NCBI GenBank assembly: GCA_963703225.1
Contig: OY969801.1
Coordinates: forward strand, 2,304,001 to 2,368,000
DNA: 64,000 nt
Direction of reading: 5' to 3'
From: Candidatus Eiseniibacteriota bacterium
Lineage (GTDB): Bacteria > Eisenbacteria > RBG-16-71-46 > SZUA-252
Part shown: positions 1 to 10,000 of the stretch, in pieces
Layout of the letters: each line of letters starts with the position of its first letter
How positions within the stretch are numbered: the stretch's first letter is position 1
Notes under the pieces: model-generated
What the model was told of the DNA's origin: nothing
Database searches by the model: none
What the model saw: only the letters and a program-made list of their open reading frames with translations
Position numbers and translations under genes: made by a program

Positions 1-687
1 CGCGGTCGCTTCGGAGATCTTCCCCATTCCGTAGTTCGAATTGCCGAGATTGCAGAGTGCGCGGACGTTGGTGGAATCGATCGCGAGCGCGCGTTTGTAA
101 GCGGCGATCGCCTCGTCCGGCTTCCCGACTTCGGCCTGGATGAGGCCGAGGCTCACCCACGCGTCGGGGATCTCCGGCTTGAGCTCGGTCGCGCGCTTGT
201 AGGCGGCTCCGGCATCGTCCCGCCGGCCCGCCTCCTGATAGTAGTTGCCAAGATTGTATTGGGCCGTCGCGTCGTTGGGATCGAGCGCGATCGCCTTCTT
301 GAACTCCTTCTGGGCGTCCTCGGGCCTCTTGAGGTCCATGTAGACCGCGCCCAAGCTGACGTGGCTGGCGGCCAAGTTGGGTGCGATCGCCGCCATTTTC
401 TGGAATGCCTGGAGCGCCTCCTTCGGCTTTCCGGCGCGTCGATAGGCTGAGCCGAGCGCGAGATAGGAGGCCGGGTCCTTGGGAGCGCTTTGGACGAGCG
501 CCTGCGCCTGCTCGACGGTCGGAAGCTGCGTGTTGCCGCGGGCCGTAGGCTGCGTCGATCCAGGGGTCTGTGAGGGCGCCGTGCTCGGAGGAGAGGAGGT
601 TTGGGCCAGCGCTCCCACCCCCAGCGCCAGGAACGCGATGGGGGGAATCACGATGGATGGCAGGCGACCGAGGCGCTTTGGATTCAT
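1..687 (-). CDS. Exported tetratricopeptide repeat (TPR) protein, runs off the window edge
   Basis: Hand translation, absent from the ORF track. ATG at 687 gives MNPKRLGRLPSIVIPPIAFLALGVGALAQ (signal peptide), a S/T/P linker, then TPR units such as ASYLALGSAYRRAGKPKEALQAFQKMAAIAP and ATAQYNLGNYYQEAGRRDDAGAAYKRATELKP. No stop before base 1. Confidence 0.9.
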   Translation of the reverse strand, partial: MNPKRLGRLPSIVIPPIAFLALGVGALAQTSSPPSTAPSQTPGSTQPTARGNTQLPTVEQAQALVQSAPKDPASYLALGSAYRRAGKPKEALQAFQKMAAIAPNLAASHVSLGAVYMDLKRPEDAQKEFKKAIALDPNDATAQYNLGNYYQEAGRRDDAGAAYKRATELKPEIPDAWVSLGLIQAEVGKPDEAIAAYKRALAIDSTNVRALCNLGNSNYGMGKISEATA

Positions 688-725
688 GTGGTTATCGTCC
701 CGCAACTCGTTGGAGCGTGTGGGAT

Positions 726-754
726 AAGCTATTCGTTCCGTACCCCGAAGTCAA
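726..754 (-). promoter_or_regulatory. Putative sigma70 promoter for the TPR gene
   Basis: Minus strand TTGACT-N17-TAGCTT, about 40 nt upstream of the ATG. Confidence 0.5.
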
Positions 755-801
755 TCCGATTCTCCCTCTCCATCGCCCCTCTCGGGCCGTATCTTGAACG
801 T

Positions 802-2082
802 TCATGCAGCCGGCTCCGACCCACGTGCGCGAGCGGCCGCGCGATCCAAGAGCAGCTCCCGCTCTCTCGCGTTTCGGGTGAGCGAAGCCGCGCGCTCAAA
901 CTCCGCGCGGGCCTCTTCATGACGTCCGAGCTTGGCGAGGAGGTCCCCCCGCACACTCGGGAGGAGGTGGTAGGACCGAAGCGACGGCTCCGACATCAGC
1001 GCCTCGACAAGCTCCAGTCCCGCGGCCGGTCCGAATGCCATCGCGACGGCGACCGCCCGATTCAGCTCCACGACGGGAGTGGGCGCGACCTGGGCGAGCG
1101 CATCGTAGAGCGCGGCGATGCCCTTCCAGTCCGTCTCCCCCGCACTCCGCGCCCGCGCGTGACAGGCGGCGATGGCGGCCTGGAGCGCGTACGGGCCTTG
1201 CGCTCCGCCGAGACCTTCGGCGCGCTCGAGCGCCGCGAGACCGCGACGGATAAGGAGATGATCCCAACGCGCGCGGTCTTGGTCGAGCAGGAGAACGGGC
1301 TCTCCCGACGGCCCAACTCTCGCCCCCGTGCGTGACGCCTGAATCTCCATCAGCGCGACAAGGCCATGGACCTCCGGTTCTTTCGGGACGAGCTCCGCCA
1401 GGATGCGGCCGAGACGGAGCGCGTCCTCGCAGAGCGCGGGCCGCATCCAATCGTCACCGGCGGTGGCCGCGTAACCCTCGTTGAAAATCAGATAGAGGAC
1501 CTCGAGTACCGACGCCAATCGGGCGGTCAGATCGGCTCCGCGGGGGACCTCGAAGGGAACGTGGGCTTCGGCGAGGGTCCGCTTGGCCCGGACGATTCGC
1601 TGCGCGACGGTCGGCTCCGGCACGAGGAACGCGCGGGCGATTTCCTCGGTCGTCAGCCCGCCGAGCAAGCGGAGGGTGAGCGCCACGCGAGCCTCGGTGG
1701 TGAGCACCGGATGGCAGGCCGTGAGTATGAGGCTCAGGAGGTCGTCGCCGACGTGATCGTCGATCGCGGCGTCGAGATCCGGCGGTGCCGCCTCCCGCGA
1801 GGTCAGGAGCTCGCGTCCGAGCTCCTCGTGCTTCCGCTCGAGCCGCTTCGACCGGCGGAGCTGGTCGATCGCACGATGCTTGGCCGTGGCCATGAGCCAG
1901 GCGCCTGGGTTCTCGGGAATGCCCGAAGTGGGCCACCGCTCGAGCGCGGCCACCAGGGCGTCCTGCGCGAGATCCTCGGCCAGGCCGACGTCGCGAACGA
2001 TCCTCGCGAGCCCGGCGATGAGCTTGGCCGATTCGATCCGCCAGACCGCGTCGATTGCCCGGTGTGTATCGGTAGCCGTCAC
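802..2082 (-). CDS. ECF RNA polymerase sigma factor, ECF42-type (C-terminal DUF6596/TPR-like extension)
   Basis: Sigma2 region AEDLAQDAL...WL...AIDQLRR, sigma4 region GGLTTEEIARAFLV...QRIVRAK, and a long C-terminal extension with LYLIFNEGY and PYALQAAIAACH. Lies downstream of DGPF genes, as is typical of ECF42. Confidence 0.92.
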   Translation of the reverse strand: MTATDTHRAIDAVWRIESAKLIAGLARIVRDVGLAEDLAQDALVAALERWPTSGIPENPGAWLMATAKHRAIDQLRRSKRLERKHEELGRELLTSREAAPPDLDAAIDDHVGDDLLSLILTACHPVLTTEARVALTLRLLGGLTTEEIARAFLVPEPTVAQRIVRAKRTLAEAHVPFEVPRGADLTARLASVLEVLYLIFNEGYAATAGDDWMRPALCEDALRLGRILAELVPKEPEVHGLVALMEIQASRTGARVGPSGEPVLLLDQDRARWDHLLIRRGLAALERAEGLGGAQGPYALQAAIAACHARARSAGETDWKGIAALYDALAQVAPTPVVELNRAVAVAMAFGPAAGLELVEALMSEPSLRSYHLLPSVRGDLLAKLGRHEEARAEFERAASLTRNARERELLLDRAAARARGSEPAA

Positions 2083-2144
2083 GGCTACCGATCACACCAT
2101 CTTCAGTCTCTCTGCGCAAGGCCGGGCCCGTCCCGGCGGAACGC

Positions 2145-2573
2145 CTACGCGCCTCGGCGCGACCCCGACTGTTGCTGCATCTCGGCAAACCCGGACGCGG
2201 CCTTCTGGACCTCGGTGGGGAAATCGGAGAACTCCTGCACCTGCCGGACCTCGATCACCTCGTGATCCGACGCGGGGCAGCGGGACGCCCATTCGACCGC
2301 CTCTGCCTTCGACTTCGCTTGAATCATCCAGTAGCCGCCCACGACCTCCTTCGCCTCGGCGAAGGGCCCGTCGGTCACCTTGGGCTTCCCCCCGGAGAAC
2401 GAGACCCGCGCACCCATCGAGGGCGGATGGAGGCCGTCCAGCGTGAGCAGCACGCCAGCCCTTTGCAGGGATTCGTTGTACTTCATCATGGCGGCCACAA
2501 GCTTGGCGTCGGGCATGGTGCCCGGCGCCGCCTTCTCGTACCCCTTGGGAATCATCAGCATCATGAATCGCAT
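2145..2573 (-). CDS. YciI/DGPF family protein
   Basis: Motif TDGPFAEAKEVVGGYW and IEVRQV. Confidence 0.92.
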   Translation of the reverse strand: MRFMMLMIPKGYEKAAPGTMPDAKLVAAMMKYNESLQRAGVLLTLDGLHPPSMGARVSFSGGKPKVTDGPFAEAKEVVGGYWMIQAKSKAEAVEWASRCPASDHEVIEVRQVQEFSDFPTEVQKAASGFAEMQQQSGSRRGA

Positions 2574-2603
2574 TGTCAGGGCTCCGTCTGGCTAGGGTTC
2601 GGG

Positions 2604-3020
2604 CTACCGCTTGCCCACGATCTGCGCGCGCATCCGCTCGTCCTTCTCTCTGAGCTCGGGGGTGAACTCGGCCCCGAAGTCCTCCGCCTCGAACACCTGG
2701 CGAATCTCGACCTCGGTCTTGTCGAAAGGAGCGCGCTTGAGCCATTCGATCGCCTCTTCCTTGGATTTCACCTGCCACAGCCAGAAGCCGGCGATCAGCT
2801 CCTTCGTCTCGGCGAAGGGCCCGTCGATCACGGTCCGCTTCGCTCCGTCGAACCGGACGCGCGCGCCCTTGGAGCTCGCCTGGAGCCCCTCGCCCGCGAG
2901 GAGCACCCCGGCCTTCGCCAGCTCTTCGTTGAACTTCCCCATTTCCGCAAGGATCTTCCCGTCCGGAAGAATGCCCGCCTCCGAGTTCTTGTCCGCCTTG
3001 ACCACGACCATGACTCTCAT
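2604..3020 (-). CDS. YciI/DGPF family protein
   Basis: Motif IDGPFAETKELIAGFW and VEIRQVFE, with a purine-rich RBS (aaaggggagag) upstream. Confidence 0.92.
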   Translation of the reverse strand: MRVMVVVKADKNSEAGILPDGKILAEMGKFNEELAKAGVLLAGEGLQASSKGARVRFDGAKRTVIDGPFAETKELIAGFWLWQVKSKEEAIEWLKRAPFDKTEVEIRQVFEAEDFGAEFTPELREKDERMRAQIVGKR

Positions 3021-3113
3021 CGTCGTCTCTCCCTTTCAGTGGGCTCAGGTTCGGTTTGATTTCGGTTGGGGCTCGGACGGCCTCGGCCGGCCGGGCCCAC
3101 GCTCTATCCAGAC

Positions 3114-3140
3114 GACGAGCACGGGCCCCAGAAATCGACA
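3114..3140 (-). promoter_or_regulatory. Putative ECF42-dependent (autoregulatory) promoter
   Basis: Minus strand TGTCGA-N17-CGTC upstream of the DGPF-DGPF-sigma operon. Matches the TGTCGA / CG(A/T)C motif known for ECF42 targets. Confidence 0.65.
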
Positions 3141-3166
3141 TGCTGAGAAGACAATTCTTGGTGGGG

Positions 3167-3580
3167 CTACTTCCTTCGCATAGCGTCGAGACTCCAGGGT
3201 CCAGCCCCCGCGGCCGAAAAGTAAAGCCAGATAAAGCAGTAGAGCGCGGCGTGCACGCCGCCGTTGATGGTCGGCCAGAAGCTGATCGGGAAGTGGAACT
3301 GGAAGTACGCCACCGCCATCTCGCCCGACAGGATGAAGGCGACCGGCCGGGTAAAGAGGCCGAGGAAGAGCAGGCTCCCGCCGACTATCTCGAGGAGGCC
3401 GCCGAACCCCATCTGGGACACCAACGCGACGGTGCCGCCGTCAGGGGGTACCCCGGCCGGGAAAGCAAATATCTTCGTCGTTCCGGCCAAGGTGAACAGG
3501 AACGCGGTCACGATGCGGAGAATGCTCTGCAGGCGCGGAGCCAAGATCGTTGATGCTGAGGCGGTGTTCCATGTGGACAT
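3167..3580 (-). CDS. DoxX family membrane protein
   Basis: LRIV...K...F, GLFTRPVAFILSGEMAVAYF and GAGPWSLD, with four hydrophobic segments. Confidence 0.9.
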   Translation of the reverse strand: MSTWNTASASTILAPRLQSILRIVTAFLFTLAGTTKIFAFPAGVPPDGGTVALVSQMGFGGLLEIVGGSLLFLGLFTRPVAFILSGEMAVAYFQFHFPISFWPTINGGVHAALYCFIWLYFSAAGAGPWSLDAMRRK

Positions 3581-3653
3581 TGGAATCCCTCGCTTTCCGA
3601 GATCGCAATCGCAGGAGAGGAGGACGAGGATAGGGTGATCGGCCTCGGAAAAT

Positions 3654-5174
3654 CTACCCGCCTCTCGCCGGCATGCGATATTGCAGCCCCTCCGCCAGGT
3701 GCTCGGGGCGGACGGTCTGCGAGCCGGCCAGGTCGGCGATCGTTCGGGCCACGCGGCGCACGCGAATCACGCCGCGTGCGGTGAGCCGAAACGTCTCCGC
3801 CGCGCGCCGTAGGAGCGAGCGAGAGTCCGCGTCGAGGGGCGCGACTCGTCCCAGCTCCTTGGCCGTGAGCGCCGCATTCCTCTCCTCCGATGGAGTCCGC
3901 GCCGACGCAATGGCGCGAGCTCGAACCACCCGCTCGCGCACCGCGGACGACGGCTCGCCCGAATCTCCGGAGAACAAGTCCTCCATGGGGACCGCGGGCA
4001 CCTCGAGGATCAGGTCGATGCGGTCGAGGATCGGGCCCGACACCTTGGACCAGTAGCGGGCGAGCGAGTCGGGCGCGCAGCGACAGCTACGGCGTGCATC
4101 TCCCCGATAGCCGCAAGGACACGGGTTCATCGCTCCGGCGAGGCTGAAACTCGAAGGAAACGACACCGAATTCCCGACCCGCGCCACGGTCACCGTCCCC
4201 TCTTCGATCGGCTGTCGCAGCGCCTCGAGCGCGTCGCGCCGGAATTCGGGCAGCTCGTCCAGGAAGAGAACGCCCCGGTGCGCGAGGCTTGCTTCCCCGG
4301 GATAGGGTCCGCGGCCGCCTCCGACCAAGCCCGCGACCGAGATCGTGTGATGCGGCGAGCGAAACGGAGGGAGAAGGATGAGCCCCGCGCCGGGCGAGAG
4401 CCTCCCTGCGACCGAGTGGATGGTGGTGACCTCCACCGAATGCTCCGGTGAGAGAGGGGGGAGAATTCCGGGGAGCCTGCGAGCCAGCATCGTTTTCCCC
4501 GCGCCGGGTGGGCCGATGAAGAGCAGATTGTGTCCCCCGGCGGCGGCGATTTCGAGCGCCCGCTTGGCCACCGCCTGCCCCCGGACTTCACCGAGATCCG
4601 GAGAACTGGGCGCGGTGTCGACGACGGTTTCCGTCGCCGCCGAGAGCTGGATGCCCAGGCTCTCCTCGGTTCCATCGCCGCGCAGCGCGGCGAGCGAGGC
4701 GATCGGCTCGATGTCCACGCCGGCAAGGGCGCGCGCCTCGGCCGCGTTTTCGCGCGGGAGCCACACGGGGCCCCTTCCCTCGCGCCGCGCCGCGGCCATC
4801 ACGGCGAGAATCCCGCGGACACCGCGGAGCGCGCCATCGAGCGCCAGTTCCCCGACGAAGACCCCTTCCTCGACCGGCCTGCCGCGGGGGATCTGCCCCG
4901 ACGCGAGCAGGAGCGCCACCGCGATCGGAAAGTCGAAGCGCGCACCCTCCTTTCGGACGTGCGCGGGGGCCAGGTTGATGGTGATCTTCCGGGCCGGAAA
5001 CTCGAAGCCACAGTTCCGCACCGCGGCGAGAACGCGCTCCCTGCTCTCGCGAACCGCGGCGTCGGGAAGCCCGACGATGGTGAACGTGGGGAGCCCCGCT
5101 CCGAGATCGGCCTCGACCACGACGAAATGCCCCTCGATGCCGACCGTCGCGCAGCTCAGAACGCGCGCGAGCAT
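3654..5174 (-). CDS. comM: YifB/ComM family Mg-chelatase-like AAA+ ATPase
   Basis: IVGLPDAAVRESRERV, ITINLAPA, GELALDG, Walker A GPPGAGKT, PFRSPHH, FLDELPEF, MNPCPCG and SGPILDRID. Confidence 0.93.
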   Translation of the reverse strand: MLARVLSCATVGIEGHFVVVEADLGAGLPTFTIVGLPDAAVRESRERVLAAVRNCGFEFPARKITINLAPAHVRKEGARFDFPIAVALLLASGQIPRGRPVEEGVFVGELALDGALRGVRGILAVMAAARREGRGPVWLPRENAAEARALAGVDIEPIASLAALRGDGTEESLGIQLSAATETVVDTAPSSPDLGEVRGQAVAKRALEIAAAGGHNLLFIGPPGAGKTMLARRLPGILPPLSPEHSVEVTTIHSVAGRLSPGAGLILLPPFRSPHHTISVAGLVGGGRGPYPGEASLAHRGVLFLDELPEFRRDALEALRQPIEEGTVTVARVGNSVSFPSSFSLAGAMNPCPCGYRGDARRSCRCAPDSLARYWSKVSGPILDRIDLILEVPAVPMEDLFSGDSGEPSSAVRERVVRARAIASARTPSEERNAALTAKELGRVAPLDADSRSLLRRAAETFRLTARGVIRVRRVARTIADLAGSQTVRPEHLAEGLQYRMPARGG

Positions 5175-5225
5175 GCGAATTCCTCCGGGGGAGGTTGGTT
5201 GGATCGCCGCCCGTCGGGCCGGGCG

Positions 5226-6014
5226 TCAGGGGAGGAGAGGCGTCAAGACCTCTCGGAGCTCCGCGTGCGAGGACGCGGACCACCGGGGATGAATGGCGGC
5301 TCGGTGTCCGGTATCGCCGGGATTCTCGATCGCGGTGAAGTGGATGGCGTTGAGGCCCACTCGTTCCGCGCCCGCGACGTCGTGGTAGAGCGAGTCGCCG
5401 ATCATCGCGATCTCGCCGGGCGGGAAGGACCAGCGGTCGAGGACCGGCCGAAACGCTTCCGGGAGTGGCTTCCGAAATCCGATGTCGGAGGAAACGATGA
5501 AGGGGTCGAAGAATCGTTCCCAGCCGAGCCGCCGCGCGACGGTGGCGACATAGGGCGCGTCGGTGCAGTTGGAGAGGAGCGCGAGCTTCACCCCCCGTCC
5601 GCGCAAAAACCCCAGCGTCTCGCCGGCGCCGGGCAAAGGCTCAACGGCCTCGATCTCGGGGCCGAAATGTTCGGCCACCGCCCTGCGAATCAGATCGTCG
5701 GAAAGCGCCGGCAGGCCCGACAACCGAACCGTCGCCGCGAGCGAGTCGACGGCCGCGACCTCGCGCCCCGAGCTCTCCGCGCGCTCGCGATCCCGCTCCC
5801 GGACCTCGAGGAACCGCTCTTGGAACGCGCGCGACGCCGCTCCAGTCGCGAGAACTCCCTCGGCGACCAGAAGGCGCGACAGCCGCTCGACTCCAGGGCG
5901 GGCCACGATGTCGGCGTAGTCGGTCCGGTTTGAAAGTCGGTTCGGCCCCAACCAGATCAGGGTGTTTCCGTAATCGAAGATGACGCCGCGCAGCCGCGTT
6001 TGGATTTTGGCCAT
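5226..6014 (-). CDS. HAD-superfamily hydrolase
   Basis: Motifs IFDYGNTL, LLSN, RKP and IGDSLYHDVAGA. Confidence 0.85.
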   Translation of the reverse strand: MAKIQTRLRGVIFDYGNTLIWLGPNRLSNRTDYADIVARPGVERLSRLLVAEGVLATGAASRAFQERFLEVRERDRERAESSGREVAAVDSLAATVRLSGLPALSDDLIRRAVAEHFGPEIEAVEPLPGAGETLGFLRGRGVKLALLSNCTDAPYVATVARRLGWERFFDPFIVSSDIGFRKPLPEAFRPVLDRWSFPPGEIAMIGDSLYHDVAGAERVGLNAIHFTAIENPGDTGHRAAIHPRWSASSHAELREVLTPLLP

Positions 6015-6059
6015 TCAGGGTATGATTCGGGGAGTTCTGAACCGATTCAGGAGAATGGT

Positions 6060-6088
6060 AGTGTATCCGCGGGCGAAGCGCCTGTCAA
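6060..6088 (-). promoter_or_regulatory. Putative sigma70 promoter for HAD-comM
   Basis: Minus strand TTGACA-N17-TACACT in the divergent intergenic gap. Confidence 0.6.
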
Positions 6089-6109
6089 CGCGGGCCGATC
6101 GGAGGAATC

Positions 6110-7009
6110 ATGGCGGAGACCGTCGGCGTGTTCGGTGCGGGAGCGCTCGGTACGCTCCTCGCCGCCCGCCTGGCCCATGCAGGGAACGTCGTTCACGTCC
6201 TCGTGCGATCCCCCGAGCGGGGGGACGCGCTCCGGCGATCCCACCCGGACCTTCACGTGGTGGGTCGCGCGGAGGGACTCGCGCCGGCCGCGCTCGTCTT
6301 TCTCTGCGTGAAATCGTATGACATCGAAGCCGCGGCCGCCTCACTGGCCCAAGCCGGGGTTGGGACGGCGATCTGCTCGCTCCAAAACGGCTGGGGACAC
6401 ATGGATGCGCTCGAGCGGGCGCTCCCCCGGTCGCCGCTCGTGGCGGGAGCCACCTCGCTCGGCGCCTATCTCGACGAGCATGCAACGCTTCGGTCGTCGA
6501 CAGAGGGCACGACCTGGTTCGCGCCCTGGCAGGAAACCGACTTTCGTTGGGCTGAGTACGCGGCCACTCTCTTTGAGAGCGCGGGGCTCAGGGCCGAAAC
6601 CAGCCGCGACGCCCCGGGGATTCTCTGGCGAAAGCTCGCCCTGAACGCGGCCGTGAACCCCGTTTCGGCGCTCTCGGGCCGTACCAACGGCGCGATATTG
6701 GACACAGAGCCTCTGCTTCGAAGCGCCGAATCGGCGGCGCAGGAAGCCACGCGCGTCGGAGCCCGACTCGGATTCCTCGACCCGCGCGTCGACCCGCTGC
6801 CGCAGCTTCATCAGCTCCTCCGCGACACGGCGGGGAACCGCTCCTCGATGGCGGAGGATCTAGCCCGGGGCCGACCGACCGAAGTCGACTCGATCCTGGG
6901 TGCCGTGGTCCGCGCCGCCCGGAGCGTCGGGGAGCCGGTGCCCGAGCTCACGCGTCTCTGGGAGCGTGTTCAGGCCGAGGAGCGGAAGGCGCGGTCCCGG
7001 ACCGTCTGA
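6110..7009 (+). CDS. panE: 2-dehydropantoate 2-reductase (ketopantoate reductase)
   Basis: GAGALG Rossmann motif, CVKSYD, LQNG, LWRKLALNAAVNP and NRSSMAEDL..GRPTEVDSILG. GGAGG RBS upstream. Confidence 0.9.
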   Translation: MAETVGVFGAGALGTLLAARLAHAGNVVHVLVRSPERGDALRRSHPDLHVVGRAEGLAPAALVFLCVKSYDIEAAAASLAQAGVGTAICSLQNGWGHMDALERALPRSPLVAGATSLGAYLDEHATLRSSTEGTTWFAPWQETDFRWAEYAATLFESAGLRAETSRDAPGILWRKLALNAAVNPVSALSGRTNGAILDTEPLLRSAESAAQEATRVGARLGFLDPRVDPLPQLHQLLRDTAGNRSSMAEDLARGRPTEVDSILGAVVRAARSVGEPVPELTRLWERVQAEERKARSRTV

Positions 7010-7038
7010 CGGCGTGGATTCTGAGAGCCCAAGCAAGA

Positions 7039-7064
7039 GCGGGGCGGCCCATCGGCCGCCCCGC
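7039..7064. terminator. Hairpin between convergent genes, probably a bidirectional terminator
   Basis: GCGGGGCGGCC-catc-GGCCGCCCCGC is a perfect 11-bp stem between the panE and giant-protein stop codons. Confidence 0.6.
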
Positions 7065-7090
7065 CCGTTTCAAGCCGCTGCTTTGCTCCG

Positions 7091-10000
7091 TTACTTCAAG
7101 ACCGTGACGCGGATGGTCTCCTCTCCGGTCTTCGACTTCACGTTCACGAAGTAGACGCCCGTCGCCACCCGGTTTCCATTTCGGGTCGAGCCGTCCCACC
7201 GGATCGAGTTCAATCCCGCTTCCATCGTGCCGTTCTGGAGCTGCTTGACGAGCCGTCCTTGGACGTCGAAGACATCGACCGTCACCGGTCCCCTCTCGGT
7301 CGTGGCGAAGCTGATCACCGTCTCCGGATTGAGCGGATTCGGGCTCACCTTGAGCGCGAGGCAGCTGTTGCCGAGGACCAGGACGTAGTGGCTCACCGTG
7401 TCGCGGAACTTGGTCCCCGAGACCAGGCTGCCCTCGATCTTGACCTGGACCACGCTGATGCCGCGCCTTAGGTCGGAGAAGAGATACTGGAGATCGGAGT
7501 TCGAGAAGCAGGCCTGGATCTCCCGGACTCCGTTTCGATTCTTGTCGCCGTCGAGCTCGGCTCCGTCGCACTTCGCCGAAATCTGGCGGTCCTTGTACTT
7601 CATCACGATGCTGTTCAAGTCGACGTCTCCGTTCGAATAGGAGCCCCGGACCGGCTCGATCTGGACGCAGGTCCCCAGCTTGATTCCCAGGATCGTGATC
7701 TGGTTGATCCCGAAGAAGAACGCGTTCGCCGGGAGGACGTCGCTTACGACCGTGATCGTGATCACCTCGAAGTCTTCCATCACGGACGAACCGTTGTCCC
7801 GGACCCGAATCTTGACCGGGAAGCTGCCGGCCAGCGGCGGTGTCCAGGTGAATACGCCCGACGAGGAGCCGATCGAGGCCCCGGAGGGAGCGCCCGAGCC
7901 GAGCGAGAACGTGAGCGTGTTCGCGGGGATATCGGCATCCGTCGCGGTCGCCGTGAAGGTCAGGAGGTCGCCTTCCTTGACCGTCTTGTTGCCGATCGGC
8001 GCGAGCACCGGCGCGACGTTCACTTCCCTGACCCTGACCTGGAACGTGCGCGCGTGGCTGAGCGGCGGGGTGCCGTTGTCGGTCACGCGAACCATGATCG
8101 GATAGGTGCCCGGGCCCTGATCCTCCGACGGCGTCCAGCGGAACGCGCCCGTCGAGGCGTTGATCGTGGCGCCCGCCGGGGCTCCGGCGTCGAGAGTGAA
8201 CGCGAGCGTCTGCCCCGCGTCCGGATCGGTCGCCGATGCCGTGAAGGCCAGGAGGTTCAGCTCGTTGACCGTCTTGTCGCCGATCGCGTTGAGCACGGGC
8301 GGCCTGTTCGTCGACTGCTCGACCACGTTGATCGTGATCGTCTCGAAGTCGTCCTTCGCCGGGACCCCGTTGTCGGTCACGCGGACCGTCACCGCGAAGC
8401 TCCCCGCCCCGGCCGGGGTCCAGCTGAAGGCGCCGGTCGAGCCGTCGATCGTCGCGCTCGCGGGAGCGCCCGAGTCGAGGGAGAAGGTGAGGGTGTTCGT
8501 CGGGATATCGGCGTCCGTCGCCGAGGCCATGAAGGCCACCGCCACGCCCACCGTGCCCGACTTGTTCCCGATCGCCGCCAGCTCCGGCGCCAGGTTCACC
8601 TCGTTGACCGTGATCGAGATCGCCTCGAAGTCATCCTTGGCGGGGGTGCCGTTGTCGGTCACGCGAACCGTGACCGGGTAGCTCCCCGGGCCCTGGGCTT
8701 CCGTCGGGGTCCAGGAGAAGGCTCCGCCCGACGTGATGGCCGCGCCGGCGGGCGCGCCCGAATCCAGGGAGAACGCGAGCACGTCCCCCGCGTCCGGATC
8801 GGTCGCCGTCGCGGTGAAGGCCAGGAGCGTCTGCTCGTCGACCGTCTTGTCTCCAATTTCCGTGAGCACCGGCGGATCGTTCACCTCCACCTCGTTCACG
8901 GTGATCGTCAGCTCCTCAAAGTCCTCGCCCACCGGGATGCCGTTGTCGGTCACGCGAACCCTGACCGCGAAGCTCCCGGCCCCACCAGGGGTCCAGCTGA
9001 ACTCACCGGTCGATGGGTCGATCGTCGCGTCGGCTGGAGCGCCTGTGTCGAGCGAGAAGGTGAGCGTGTTCGAGGGAATGTCGGCGTCCGTGGCGCTCGC
9101 GGTGAAGGTCACCGCCACGCCCACCGTGCCCGACTTGTTCCCGATTGCCGTCAGCTCCGGCGCCAGGTTCACCTCGTTGACCGTGATCGAGATCGCCTCG
9201 AAGTCATCCTTGGCAGGGGACCCGTTGTCCGTCACGCGAACCGTGACCGGATAACTGCCCGGACCCTGAACTTCCGTCGGGGTCCAGGAGAAGGCCCCGC
9301 CCGATGAGATCGATGCGCCGGTCGGCGCGCCCGGATCCAGCGAGAAGGTGAGAACGTCCCCGCCGTCCGGATCGGTCGCCGTCGCCGTGAAGGCAAGGAG
9401 CGTCCCCTCGTCCACGGTCTTGTCGCCGATCGCCGCGAGCTCGGGAGCGTGGTTCTCCGCCGCCGCGTTGACGGTGATGGTGATCGCTTCGAAATCATTC
9501 AGCGCGGGGGTTCCGTCGTCGGTCACGCGGACCGTCACCGGGAAACCCCCGGTCGCGCCGGGGGTCCAGCTGAAGGCACCCGTCGTGGGGTTGATCGTCG
9601 AGCCGGCGGGATTTCCCGCGTCCAGCGAGAACGTGAGCGTGTTCGCGGGGAGGTCGGGGTCGGTGGCGCTCGCCGTGAAGGCCACGGGCGTCCCGACCGT
9701 GCCGGCCTTGTCGCCGATCGCGGCCAACACCGGCGCCTCGTTCACCTCGGTGACCGCGACCGCGATCGTCTCGAAGTCGCTCAGCGCCGGGCTGCCGTTA
9801 TCCGTCACGCGAACCGTGATCGGGATCGCGACCGGTCCCTGCGCTTCGGTCGGGGTCCAGCTGAAGGCACCCGTCGAAGCCTCGATCGTGGCCCCCGCCG
9901 GAGAAGGTGCGTCCAGCGTGAACGCCAGGGTCTGTCCGGCGTCCGGATCGGTCGCCGTCGCCGTGAACGCCAACGTCGACAGCTCCGCCACCGTCTTGTT

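Noticed and set aside
3654..5174. comM as a mobile-element insertion hotspot
   Set aside because: The gene is intact, with no integrase, att-like repeat or compositional shift nearby.
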